Assembly: GCF_006345805.1 (NCBI RefSeq)
Contig: NC_043026.1
Location: 8,060,001-8,124,000 of the forward strand
Direction of reading: 5' to 3'
Origin: Octopus sinensis
Taxonomy: Eukaryota
DNA: 64,000 nucleotides
In this document: positions 24,378 to 38,013 of the stretch, in pieces
How positions within the stretch are numbered: position 1 is the stretch's first letter
Layout of the letters: each line of letters begins with the position of its first letter
The notes under the pieces: generated by a model
The model's database searches: none
The model's input: only the letters and a program-made list of their open reading frames with translations
What the model was told of the DNA's origin: nothing
Position numbers and translations under genes: made by a program

Positions 24378-25494
24378 TATATAATAATTAGGGTTCGGCA
24401 AAGATTTGCTTTACCACATACCGAAGTTTAGAAATAGCAGCCAAAAAACCTTAGCTATTTTTTCTACTTTAAAAAGGGACTCCCAGAGAAACCAAAATAC
24501 TTGAAAACAATCCACACAGGCAGAGAGGAAAAGTAATGAAAATCAATCAATATCTGGTCATTGATTTTCGTTATCCTTCCTCTCTGCCTGTGTGGATTTG
24601 TTTTCAAGTATTTTGGTTTTCCTGGGAGTCCCTTTTTAAAGTTGACTGTAGCCTCGTGACACCTGTGCAGGTGGCACGTAAAAAGCACCATCCAATCGTG
24701 GCCATTTGCCAGCCTCGTCTGGCACCTGTGCAGGTGGCACGTAAAAAGTACCATCCGATCATGGCCATTGCCAGCCTCGTCTGGCACCTGTGCTGGTGGC
24801 ACGTAAAAAGTACCATCCGATCATGGCCATTGCCAGCCTCGTCTGGCACCTGTGCCGGTGGCACGTAAAAAGTACCATCCGATCATGGCCATTTGCCAGC
24901 CTCGTCTCGCTCCCATGCCGGTGGCATGTAAAAAGCACCCACTACACTCACGGAGTGGTTGGCGTTAGGAAGGGCATCCAGCCGTAGAAACACTGCCAGA
25001 TCAGACTGGGCCTGGTGCAGCCTACTGGCTTCCCAGAACCCGGTCAAACCGTCCAACCCATGCTAGCATGAAAAGCGGACGTTAAACGATGATGATGATG
25101 ATACACACACACTATATATATATATACACACACACACACATTTGTAGGAATTAGACACACTGTGCAAGATGAAAGACTGTACTTGTTTGGTCATGTGTAA
25201 CAGATGGATGCTAGCAGCTCCCTAAAAAAGTGCCATTCACTCACAGTGGATGGAACTCACAGAAGGAGTCCTTCCCCCACCCCTATAACTATTACCTTTT
25301 TACTAATTCTGCTAGTTCTTGTTTCATCCACCCTTCAATCCAACCCATTTTCCTCCCCACCCCTCATTCACTTTCCCATACAATCATGTAACCTACCACC
25401 ATCCACTTCTACTCACCTTGTGCATTATGGGGTCACCTGGGAACCTTACTGCCATTATCTATGTTTCGCAGCTCCTACTGATCATTCTCTCTCT

Positions 25495-27090
25495 CTCATA
25501 GCCCATCTCATTAGGGAGAGAGTTTGCTTAGATGAGATGCAGTTCGGTTTAGTGCCGGGTAGAAGCACCACTGATGCCATATTCCTGGTTTGACAACTGC
25601 AGGAGAAATATCTAGCTAAAGATAAACTTTTGTGGACTTGGAGAAAGCCTTTGACAGGGTCCCCTGTTCCCTTATCTGGTGGGTGATCCAGAAACTGGAG
25701 ATTGACGAATGGTTAATAAGGGCTGTACAGGCTCTTTACAGAGAGGCCGTTAGTAAGGTTAGGATTGGCAATGAGTATAGTGAAGAATTCCAGGTAGAAA
25801 GAGGAGTCCACCAAGGTTCAGCCCTCAGTCCCCTTTTATTCATCACAGTCCTCCAGGCAATAACAGAGGAATTCAAGACAGGTTGTCCCTGGGAGCCCCT
25901 CTATACTGATGATCTGGCCCTCATAGCTGAATCACTACCGGAACTAGAAAAGAAATTTCAGGTGTGGAAGCTAGGTTTAGAATCAAAAAGGTCTTAGAGT
26001 CAATGTAGCAAAGACCAAAGTTCTAGTAAGTAAGAAAGCGAACTCATCACACACCCTCTCAGGTAGGTGGCCCTGCTCGATCTGTAGAAAAGGTGTAGGT
26101 AGAAACTCCATAAGACGTACCCAGTGTAAGCTATGGACACATAAGAAGTGCAGGAAAATTAACCGAGAAGATAGCTTTCATGTGCAGCAGATGCACAGGT
26201 GTAATAGACACCACAGATACTCAAAAAACAGATTCTATTACACTCCAGGGAGAAACTAGAAATAGTTGATAGCTTCCGCTACCTAGGTGACCAAGTTAGT
26301 AGTGGGTGGGGGTGCTCAGGGAGTGTCGCCACTAGAATACGAATAGCCTTGGCAAAGTTTACAAAGCTTGTACCCCTACTGGCGACAGAGTGAAAGGTAG
26401 ATTGTATGACGCATGTGTGCGAAGGGCCATACTTCACGGCAGTGAAACATGGGCCGTGACTGCGGAGGACATGCGTAGGCTCGAAAGAAATGAAGCTAGC
26501 ATGATCCACTGGATGTAACTAGGGTAGAGGTAGACCCAGGAAGACATGGGATGAGGTGGTCAAGCATGACCTTCGAACGTTGGGCCTCACGAAAGACTGA
26601 AACCTCTGGAGATATGCTATAACTGCGAAGACCCGACAAATGAAGTGGGCTCATGGCTCGCAGGACAGCCTGTTGTGCTTACCTTGGATCGTAGGGTGAC
26701 CTGCTGTGCTTGAGGAGACCTATTGAGTCAGGTACGTGAACATCAAAAAATCAAATGGAAATTGTAGTTGTGATACCTGTGCCAGTGGCACGTAAAAACC
26801 ACCATCCAAACGTGGCCGATGCCAGTGCCGCTTTGACTGGCGTCTGTGCCGGTGGCACATAAACAGCAGCAACCAATCGCGGCCATTACCAGCCTCCTCT
26901 GGCCCCTGTGCCAGTGGCAAGTAAAAAGCACCCACTACACTCAAGGAGTGGTTGGCATTAGGAAGGGCATCCAGCTGTGGAAACACTGCCAGATCAGACT
27001 GGAGCTTGGTGCAGCCTCCTGGCTTCCCAAACCCCAGTTGAACTGTCCAACCCATGCTAGCATGGAAAACGGACATTAAATGATGATGAT
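25495..27090 (+). mobile_element. Degenerate RTE-clade LINE (RT domain to 3' UTR, (GAT)n tail)
   Basis: DLEKAFDRVP...GVHQGSALSPLLF...LYTDDL; frameshifts and stops; its 3' UTR matches the short repeats below. Confidence 0.9.
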
Positions 27091-29169
27091 TATATATATA
27101 TTACTCTTTACTCTTTTACTTGTGTAGTCATCTGCTAGACTTTAGTTGAGCCAAATACTTATTCTTGTGTACTTATTCTACTCTTACTCGTTTCAGTCAT
27201 TTGACTGTGGCCATGCTGGAGCACCACCTTTAGTTGAGCAAATCGACCCCAGGACTTATTCTTTGTAAGCTCAGTACTTATTCTATCGGTCTCTTTTGCC
27301 GAACCACTAAGTTACGGGGACGTAAACACACCAGCATCGGCTGTCAAGCGATGTTGAGGTGCGGGGTTTGACAAATACAGACACACAAACACATACACAC
27401 ATACTATACATAAATATATACGACGGGCTTCTTTCAGTTTCCGTCTACCAGATCCACTCACAAGGCTTTGGTCGGCCCGAGGCTATAGTAGAAGACACTT
27501 GCCCAAGATGCCATGCAGTGGGACTGAACCCGGAACCATGTGGTTGGTAAGCAAGCTACTTACCACACAGCCACTCCTACACCTATATATATATATACAT
27601 ATATACGACTGGCTTCTTTCAGTTTTCGTCTACCAGATCCACTCACAAGGCTTTGGTTGGCCTGGGGCTATAGTAGAAGACACTCGCCCAAGGTGCTACG
27701 TAGTGGGGCTGAACCCTGAACCATGTGGTCGGCAAGCAAGCTACTTACCACACAGCCACTCCTACTTACCAAACCTTGAAAATATTGTCCTTCTGGGAAT
27801 GAAGAAAAGGAGGTGCTGTCCCAAGTACTGGAACTCAAAGGGCCAGTGCCAGGTTTTCATGGCGTGTAATTGACGAAATTGCAACATCCCACTGCAAGGT
27901 TATTTATTTACAGTTAAGTGAACCAAATCAATGTGAAATGGAGTGTTTTGCTCACAAACACAATGCACTGCTTGACCTAGGAATCGAAACCATGACGTTG
28001 CAATCAGGAGTGTGACACTCTAGCCAGTAAGACCATGCATCTACATTTCTAGGAATTAATGCACTAAAATTTCAGCATCTATCAGCTGATTTGGTAGAAT
28101 TCCACAAGGGTTCCTTAACAGATGCTTTCCAATTGCCTGCCTACCAAAGGAAGCTCTGTTTCAGGAGCCTTTCGACCACAGAACATACATATGAAGAATC
28201 AATAAGTGACAAAGTGAAAAGTTGTAAAGCATTCTGAAAAGCCTCAGTCTCATAAAATAAACATACACATATATACACATGCAATCATGTGCATGTGCGT
28301 GCTCATCGTATACACAAACGCCTACATATATAAACAGTAATCACACACACCTACACATTTGTGTATGACAAAAACAACTTATTACATAAATACAAAACAC
28401 ACACACATGTAAACATGTTTAAATACACATATGCATATATATGTACATAATAGACATACTATATATATATATATATATATCATCATCATCATTGTTTAGC
28501 GTCCGCTTTCCATGCTAGCATGGATTGGACGGTTCAACTGGGGTCTGGGAAGCCAGAAGGCTGCACCAGGCCGTCTGATCTGGCAATGTTTCTACGGCTG
28601 GATGCCCTTCCTAACGCCAACCACTCCGTGAGTGTAGTGGGTGCTTTTTACGTGCCACCGGCACGGAGGCCAGGTGAGGCTGGCAAACAGCCACGATCGG
28701 ATGGCGCTTTTTATGTGCCACCGGCACGGAGGCCAGGTGAGGCTGGCAAACAGCCACGATCGGATGGCGCTTTTTATGTGCCACCGGCACGGAGGCCAGG
28801 TGAGGCTGGCAAACAGCCACGATCGGATGGCGCTTTTATGTGCCACGGCAACGGAGGTCAGGTGAGGCTGGCAAACAGCACGATTGGATGTGCCTTTACT
28901 TGCCACGGCACGGATGCCAGGCAAGGCTGGCAATGCCACAATGGCAATGTTTTTGCTTTTTCGTGCCACTGCGCCTGAGGCCAGTCGGCGTGGGGTGGCG
29001 CAGGCAACGGCCACGTTATACACACACACACACACATACACACATCCACATATGCATACATATACACACATACCTGTATATACATCATGAACACATATAC
29101 ATAGTGGCTGTACACCTGTGACTGCAGAAGACCACTAAGAACACTGTGTACTCTGACAGAATTATACCT

Positions 29170-30110
29170 AACACCTGAGGCTCCACTGCTAACTAATAAG
29201 CCCAGCTCTTGATAAACCCACATCTGTAAATATTGCAGACAAAGCTTCCCCCCATTCGTTACACTGTGGTGTGTTTCCAAGCAGCTCAGCATGAAAAATG
29301 CCCTTTTCTTCAAAAGTACCCCCTCCTTTCTTCATTTCCTCCATCTGGGACAATGACAAGCTTTGCTTTTGAAACTGACCGCCCATATCTCACTTGCCTT
29401 CAAGGTGGAGGCGCAATGGCCCAGTGGTTAGGGCAGCGGACTCGCGGTCATAGGATCGCGGTTTTGATTCCCAGACCGGGCGTTGTGAGTGTTTATTGAG
29501 CGAAAACACCTAAAAGCTCCACGAGGCTCCGGCAGGGGATGGTGGTGATCCCTGCTGTACTCTTTCACCACAACTTTCTCTCACTCTTACTTCCTGTTTC
29601 TGTTGTACCTGTATTTCAAAGGGCCGGCCTTGTCACTCTCTGTGTCACGCTGAATATCCCCGAGAACTATGTTAAGGGTACACGTGTCTGTGGAGTGCTC
29701 AGCCACTTACACGTTAATTTCACGAGCAGGCTGTTCCGTTGATTCGGATCAACCGGAACCCTCGTCGTCGGAACCGACGGAGTGCTTCCACTTGCCTTCA
29801 GCAAGTACTTTACACTAACCTTAAAATGTTGTCTTTGTTGCTCTTGGGAGTAGGGGTAACGGGCCTTTCCATAAACAAATTCCCCGTAAAGAAACTGCTT
29901 AGGGGTTCTCAGATCATTTATCTGAACAAGGTGACCAGTCCAACATAAACCTCACTTGTACACCATCGTTTCAATGCTCAGCATGTCAGGCTCCCTTCAA
30001 GATGCCTTCTGTGCCTGGGGTGCGCAAGGACCAGCCAACATTCAGAATGTATCTCAGACAGCTATCTCTGATAGAGGCGTTCAAGGACCTTACATGATAC
30101 CTGTAAAGGG
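29170..30110 (-). mobile_element. Old RTE LINE C-terminal fragment interrupted by a SINE
   Basis: LSIETMVYK*GLCWTGHLVQINDLRTPKQFLYGEF...FEEK...GLSRAGLIS across frameshifts. Confidence 0.75.
29403..29788 (+). mobile_element. tRNA-derived SINE (Arg-like head); related fragments at 10390-10680 (-) and 45290-45800
   Basis: A and B boxes, TCG anticodon-like loop; 12-bp TSD cacttgccttca. Confidence 0.8.
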
Positions 30111-30136
30111 TCCATGTCTTGTATACACCATATATA

Positions 30137-30177
<41 letters not shown>

Positions 30178-30420
30178 TCTTTCCTTTTATTCTTTTAATT
30201 GTTTCAGTCATTTGACTGCAGCCATGATGGAGCAGCATCCTTGGTTGAGCAAATTGACCCCAGGACTTATTCTTTGTAAGCCTAGTACTTATTCTATCGG
30301 TCTCTCTTGCCGAATCGCTAAGTGACAGGACATAAACACCCAGCATCAGTTGTCAAGCAATGCTAGGGGGACAAAAACACAGCCACACAACACACACCCA
30401 CAACACACACACACACACAC

Positions 30421-30452
<32 letters not shown>

Positions 30453-31152
30453 GATATATATATTATATAACGGGCTTCTTTCCTTTCAGTCAACCAAATC
30501 CACTCGGAAGGCTTTGGTGTTGGCCTAGACTATAGTAGGAGACACTTGCCCAAGGTGCCACGCAGTGGGACACTGAACCCAGAACCATATGGTTGATAAG
30601 CAAGCTACTTACCACACAGCCACTCCAGCACCTATATATAATATATATATTATATATATATATATTATATATATATATATGTATGTTATATATATATATA
30701 ACGGGCTTCTTTCACTTTCCGTCAACCAAATCCATCGGAAGGCTTGGTTGGCCTAGACTATAGTAGGAGACACTTGCCAAGGTGCCACGCAGTGGGACTG
30801 AAACCAGACCATATGGTTGATAAGCAAGCTACTTACCACACACGCCCCTCCAGCACCTATATATATATATATATATATATTATTATATATATATATATAT
30901 TATGTATATATATATATATATAAACAACTTATAAATAAGGGCAAACGAAAAAATTTCTAATGCCAAATATGCCGAAAATTGGACATATTGTCCATAACCA
31001 TATCATTTTTCACAATACGCATGCCACTCGAAAAAAAGCCAACAGAAATTTCTAAAAAACTCCATTATTACCATATCGGACCGATTTCAGGGTTAGTTCG
31101 TAAGAAATAATTGAGATACTTACTAAGTATATCATTTATTTCTTTGCCACAT

Positions 31153-31212
31153 TTATCACTGATGAAGGGAGGGTTCTTATGAACTAACCCTGGAATCGGT
31201 CTGATATGGTAA
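31153..31212 (+). ncRNA. Hammerhead motif of the 7106-7167 family with A13G change
   Basis: ttatca-CTGATGA-aggg..ccct-GGAA-tcggtctg-ATA-tggtaa. The inverted half copy at about 31060-31105 retains GAAA. Confidence 0.7.
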
Positions 31213-31647
31213 TAATGGAATTTTTTAGAAATTTCTGTCAGCTTTTTTTCTAGTAGCGTGCGTATTGTGAAAAATTATATGGTTATAGACAATATGTCCA
31301 ATTTTCGGCATATTTGCCATTAGAAATTTTTTCGTTTGCCCTTATTTATAAGTTGTTTATAATTTTAACCATTAAAGGTATTTTTTAATATGCTGGCCAT
31401 TGATAAAATTTTTTTTCGAAAAAATTTTTATCCTACATTAAATGTATATATATAAAGTACAAAGTGAGATAGGGGTTATGAGTGTAACCCACTATGGGAT
31501 ATCATTTATCCAATATACTGCCAGTAAAGTACCCAGAAGGCTAATACATAAATGCTAAGAATTGCAATGCAATTATTTCATTTATTGTATTATATGGGCG
31601 AAGGTATTTTATATCTTCCTTTTATATCTTTATAATTGTACTTTATA

Positions 31648-31773
31648 ATCTCTGACGAGGCCTTGAGATATATATATAATTAACTCATTTTTAACTGCAT
31701 ATTACCTCAATACATCTGACTAATATGGGCATAATGAGATACTCTTATCTACGGGCTGAAACAGCTGTAAGAT
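31648..31773 (+). ncRNA. Type I hammerhead motif with 89-nt loop II, GUA site
   Basis: atct-CTGACGA-ggcct..gggct-GAAA-C-agct-GTA-agat. Confidence 0.72.
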
Positions 31774-31989
31774 CCATTTTATATGTATTATCCTTATGGT
31801 ATTATCTTACTTATTGATGTATATTGTTTTATTCTGTTGGATTTGGATGTTCCTATTTAATATAAATAATTAGTTAATTAATAAATTATATGAATTGGTA
31901 TTATCTGGAAGTTGATGATTGAAAGAAATCTATTCCTCCAATTTTCTTATTTTGTATATATATATATACACACCACACACACAAACACA

Positions 31990-32330
31990 TTATACACTCA
32001 TATAGAGAGATAGAGCAGTGGCACCAAAGATGCTTCCTTTGAGACTACATGAGCCCAGCAACCAGCCATATCTACAGTTGATATCTTGAGACAGCTCTCC
32101 ATTGTGGGCATCTGTGGACCTGATAAACTCCACAATGTAAGGGCCAATATGAAGAAAGGATGGGGTCTGGGCCTCCTCCAACACACATCAGCTTGGTCTT
32201 CACCCAAATCACCTTTGCTGATTCTTCTCTGTAAATGGTCTGCGCAAGCCTGAGCTGGTCAATCAGGTTGCTGAATAGGGTGCTATTGTCCGCATACTCA
32301 AGGTCAATGACTGAGGACACGGGTGGACCT
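31990..32330 (-). mobile_element. Degenerate RTE-type RT fragment
   Basis: DLEYADNSTLF...WVKTKLM. Confidence 0.6.
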
Positions 32331-32658
32331 GGTCAGTTCTATGCATGATTATGTCTCTGAGACCAGGGACCATGGATGACCCCCAGCCCCATCAAGCAAG
32401 AGCATGAAGCAAGCAAGCAAGCAAGCAAGCACATACATACATACATACAAACATATGTACATACATACACACATACATACATATACACATACAAACATAC
32501 GTACATACATAAATACATATATACATACATACATTACATACATACATCCATACATACATACCTACATACTCACGTACATACATATATACATACATACATA
32601 CATACATACATACATACACACACACATACATACATCATATATACATACATACATACAT

Positions 32659-32689
<31 letters not shown>

Positions 32690-34238
32690 CACATACATTA
32701 CATACATAAATACATACACACACATACATACATACATACAAACATGATTGTACATGTGACACACATGAATACATATATTCACACATACACACACACACAC
32801 GCACACACACGCACACACGAAGCTATAATAAAGCCAAGCCAGTAACAGCAAGCAGTTTGTTTGTAATTATTTTTAAAGGGGTTTAGGGGTTTATATATCC
32901 TTTGTTGAATTTTTCACAAACAAATCACTTATGTAATATATAGTAATATATTAGTATCATCATCATCATCATCATTATTATTATTATTATTATTATTGCT
33001 ATTATCAATATCAGCATTCTTATTATCGATATTAAAAATATATTGTGAAAATATATAATTACAAACAAAAATTACAATTTACAGAAACAAAAATGAATTA
33101 AAAAAAAAAAAAATCAACAAGAAACTATGTCATTTGAACTCACATGGTACCTACTGACAGGTCGGGTATATTTTATGTCATCATCAAGATTGCTAGCTGA
33201 CAACCACCGCTGCAATTAAGGGATGGAAAACTTAACGCTATTTCTTCAGCAACAAATAAGGGATGGGTGTATATATATATATATATATATATATAAATAT
33301 ATTTTTTTCATTTAGAGGCACGCATGTATGTATGTATATATATGCACATATATAAGTATGTGTGTGTGTATATATGTGTAATATATATATATGTGTGTGT
33401 ATAATATATATTATGTATGTATATATATATATATATATAGTATTATATATATATATATATGTGTATAGATATATATAAATGTGTATATATATATATGTAC
33501 ATATATATATGTATATATATATATGTATATGCACATATATAAGTATGTGTGTGTAGGTGTATATATATATGTGTATATATATATGTATATATATGTATAT
33601 ATATATTAAATGTGTATATTATATATGTATATTATATATAAATGTATATAATCTGTATATATATATGTATATATATATTAAATGTGTATATATATATGTA
33701 TATATATAATATGTGTATATATGATATATATATATATATATATGTGGTGTGTATATATATGTATATATATATATGTGTATATATATATATATATGTGTGT
33801 ATATATGTATATATATATATATATAGTTGTGTGTGTGTGTGTATATATATATGTGTATGTATAATATATATATATATATACATATATATACATATATATA
33901 TATAATTGATTAAGGAAACAGAAGATGGAATAGGTATTGGTCCTTATTTTGTACGACCATCATCTCGACCCGTCCTGCTGCAGTCCCTTATGGCTGGGAT
34001 CCTATGCACCATGTTTGTGTTCCATCCGTTTTGCAGCCCGGGTCCCACGAAGTACATTCATACATAAAGTCTCGCCAAAGACACAGTGTTAGTGGACATA
34101 ACAATTGATTATCAATGGAAATATACCCCAACTGCAGATGATACCAGGTAGCACAAATCATGCCCAATGCTTCAGTCAACTCATCAACACACTGACTGAC
34201 ATATATTCATTTGTCCAAAATATTTATTTATATATGTA

Positions 34239-34281
<43 letters not shown>

Positions 34282-36048
34282 ATATAAATATATATCAATA
34301 TATATATATACAAAGTGAGATAGGGGTTGTGAGTGTAACCCATTATGGCATAACATTTATCCAATATCCAATAATACATCTGACTAATACGAGTATAATG
34401 AGATACTCTTATCTACAGGCTGGAACAGCTGTAAGATCCATTTTATATTTATATGTATTGTTCTTATGGTATTATCTTACTTATTGATGTATACTGTTTT
34501 ATTCTGTATTATTCTGTTTGATCTGGATGTTCTTAAATAATTAGTTAATAAATTATATGAATTGGTATTATCTAGTAGTTGATGATTGATGGAAATCTAT
34601 TCCTCCATTTTCTTATTTTGTATATATATATATATATATATAGATCGGTTCTTTTTGTTTTGAAAAACATAAAATTCAGAGACGAGGCATACTCTAAGAA
34701 GTAGAGCAGTCTATATTTATTGCTGGTGAAGGCCAAAGTTTATAGGATTGCCCTGCGTTTGTTGCCATAAAGAGTATCTTTATGGCATATTATCAAAACC
34801 TAAGACTTGTTGGCCTATGGCCTCTTTAAAGTATGGAGGGGGAAAGCCGTAGGGTCTGATGCTATGCCATAAAACACCCTTTATGGTGAGAAACCCAGAG
34901 TGACCCTATAACAGGCCTCATCATATCCACTTTCTAAGCTGGCATGGATTGGAATGTTTGACAGAATCAGACCAGCTGTGGAGTTGCCCAGATTCCGGTT
35001 GCCCATTGTAATATGGTTCCTACAGCTGGAAGCCCTTCCTAATGCCAACCACTTCACAGAGAGTAGAGGGTGCTTTTGATATGGCACCAGGAATAGCACT
35101 TTTCTGTGGAAACAGCACGAGTGCCTTTATTTGGCAACGACACAGACACTTCTATGCGCCACTGGCAAAGACACTTTTACGAAGATCCTAGGAGGACTTG
35201 TACCAAACTTTTGCATTGAGAGTTACACAAATACCAGAACTGGGCGCCACTGCATAGTGCCAATGACTCCAAAATTTGCCATTAAGATGTAGGACAAAAT
35301 ACTGTGACAGGCTGGGCTTCAGAGGCCTACAGCTCTTCAATATCCTCCTGAAGGACCAGAGAGACTTGCATGGGGTGGATGCAGATGTCTTTAAAATAAA
35401 ACTGAATCTCTTCCTCTCAGGTGTCCCAGATGAACCAACTTCACGGCAGGAGGTGCAGATGAGGGCAGCTGCATCGCACTCTCTCGTGCACCAAATGGCA
35501 ATTGCTAAAAAGCATTCGTGAAGTAAAATCATGTAGCAACACCAAATGGCGGTGCCCCAGCATGGCCACAGCTCGTGAGCTGAAACTAGATAGAATTAAA
35601 AAATTCTAAAAAAATACTTTTAGTGTCACCAGCACAGGCAGTTTTACGTGGCACTAGCACAGGGGCCTCACAGCTTTTGTAAATGACACCAGCACTCACA
35701 ACCCTCAAGGGAAGGACCTCTCAGCTGAAAGAGAGATGTAGGGAACATACATATATGTATGGACAGCCACAGTTTTACTCAGCTTGACAAAACACATACA
35801 TATACAAATATATATATATACACACACCACATATACCATCGGTTCTAAATGCACCTTTTCTATGTTGGCATATTTAGAATGCACACATATATATGTATGT
35901 CCTTTGTAAAACCAGTGTTGGTTTGTTTACGCTCATAACTTGGCAGTTTGCAAAAAACAAACTGATAATACTAGACTCAAAAAGATATGTACTGGGTTTG
36001 ACTTGCGCAACTAAGGCCTCCAAGATTAAAACATATATATATATATAC

Positions 36049-36081
<33 letters not shown>

Positions 36082-36346
36082 ATTATATATATATGGATAT
36101 ATATATATGTATATATATATATATATGTATATATAATATATGGATATATATATATATGTATATGTATATATATATGTATATATATATATGGATATATTAT
36201 ATATATGTATATATGTATATGTATATATATATATGTATTGTATATAATAATGTATATGTATATATGTATATATATGTATATGTATATATGTATATATATG
36301 TATATGTATATATGTATATATATGTATATGTATATATGTATTATTG

Positions 36347-36403
<57 letters not shown>

Positions 36404-36445
36404 GTATATATGTATATATATATTATATATATAATATATATATAT

Positions 36446-36489
<44 letters not shown>

Positions 36490-36621
36490 ACATACCAAGT
36501 TTTTGAGGTTTCTACTGCTCTTTCTAGCGCTTTCCTATTTGGAAACTTCTTACTGTATTTCTATATGATACACAATAAATATATAAAAAAATGTATGCAC
36601 ACATGTGTGTGTGTGTGTGTG

Positions 36622-36656
<35 letters not shown>

Positions 36657-36800
36657 GTATGCACACGTGTGTGTGTGTATATACATATGTATGTATATAT
36701 GTATATATATATATTCATATATATATATATATATTTATATAAATATATATGTATGATATGTATGTATGTACATATATATGTATGTATATATATATATATA

Positions 36801-36847
<47 letters not shown>

Positions 36848-36976
36848 CTACACACACACATGTTGTAATATATATTATATTGTATATGTAGATATACAAT
36901 ACATATATATATAGGCAGATATACAATATAAATATATGCACATGTTTGTGTGTGTATATATATATATATGTTATAT

Positions 36977-37019
<43 letters not shown>

Positions 37020-37194
37020 ATAATAAATATTAGGGAATAAATCCAAATTTACAGGGAAAAAAATCAGATTTAGGATTAAATCCAATTTATAGTAAAATAT
37101 TATATAATATAATTAGAGACAAAACCACTATTTTGCAAAACAACAAGAAAGACTTAATCAATACATAAAATTTTAATAAAAAGTAAAAAAACCG

Positions 37195-37237
37195 CCACTA
37201 CAATTGTTTCATGTCTTGATCGACAATCTTCAGGTGG
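37195..37237 (-). ncRNA. Compact type I hammerhead motif, GUA site
   Basis: ccac-CTGAAGA-ttgtc-gatcaa-gacat-GAAA-C-aatt-GTA-gtgg. Confidence 0.8.
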
Positions 37238-37348
37238 ATTCCGATCTTCAGTCAGTTTCAAATTATGGAGTCTCCCTCTTCTTTTTACCTGATGAATGTC
37301 ATTTGAAGACATGAAACAATATTTGAAACTGACTTGAAAATCGGAAAT

Positions 37349-37391
37349 CCACCTGAAGATTGTCGATCAAGACATGAAACAATTGTAGTGG
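37349..37391 (+). ncRNA. Compact type I hammerhead motif, mirror of 37195-37237
   Basis: Same motif in the right arm. A third, truncated hammerhead (CTGATGA-atgtc..gacat-GAAAC) lies in the spacer at 37289-37320. Confidence 0.8.
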
Positions 37392-38013
37392 GGTTTTTTT
37401 ACTTTTCATTAAAATTTTATGTATTGATTAAGTCTTTCCTTGTTTGTTTTGCAAAATAGTGGTTTTGTCTCTAATTAATATATATATATATATCTATATA
37501 TATATATATATATATATGATATATATATATTATGTATGTATGTATTATATATACATATATATACACTAGAATGGGAGAAAGCGCTAATGATCTAAGTGAT
37601 ATGATATATATGTAAAAAATGTAATATATAAATAAATATCTGTAAATATAAACCATCCGATCTTCTGATTACCTCATTTCTTCTAATATATATATATATA
37701 TAATATTATATATATATAAACACACACATACACACATACATGTAATACACATACATTCTGCATTATTTTCATTGAGTTCTGTTTAAAAGTGGGTTAATCT
37801 CAAATGTAGTACTCAATACACGACACAAATGTGAAGTTCTATGATGATTTATTAAAACCTCAGCACAGTAAAGACAGCATCTTCAACAACAACACACAAT
37901 TCAAGGCAGAGTTTATTACCAGAATGTTCCATGTGCAGCACCAGCACCAACTGAAGCAGCTTCATTTACAGCATCCCCTCTGCCTTAAGTCACTAGCAAT
38001 GTTAGAGCAGAAG

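Larger units (their letters stand above)
37020..37476. mobile_element. Palindromic hammerhead element, arms 37111-37263 and 37321-37476
   Basis: Inverted arms read directly; flanked by (TA)n. Confidence 0.75.

Noticed and set aside
29115-29138. Plus-strand PVTAEDH resembling PPIP5K PVDAEDH
   Set aside because: Wrong strand, immediate stop, 7 codons; treated as chance.
29403-29480. True tRNA genes
   Set aside because: All tRNA-like heads continue into SINE bodies and lack complete cloverleaves.
34715-34830. CTGGTGA-aggcc...ggcct
   Set aside because: Core is mutated and no GAAA/NUH follows.
9484-37085. Long ORFs such as YIYI/CVCV in the ORF track
   Set aside because: They are translations of (TA)n/(CA)n microsatellites.
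37916-37980. Minus-strand exon-like GDAVNEAASVGAGAAHGTFW-stop followed by AATAAA
   Set aside because: Weak purine-rich acceptor; the stronger nearby AG sites lead to stops or lie in a TIR; protein not recognised.
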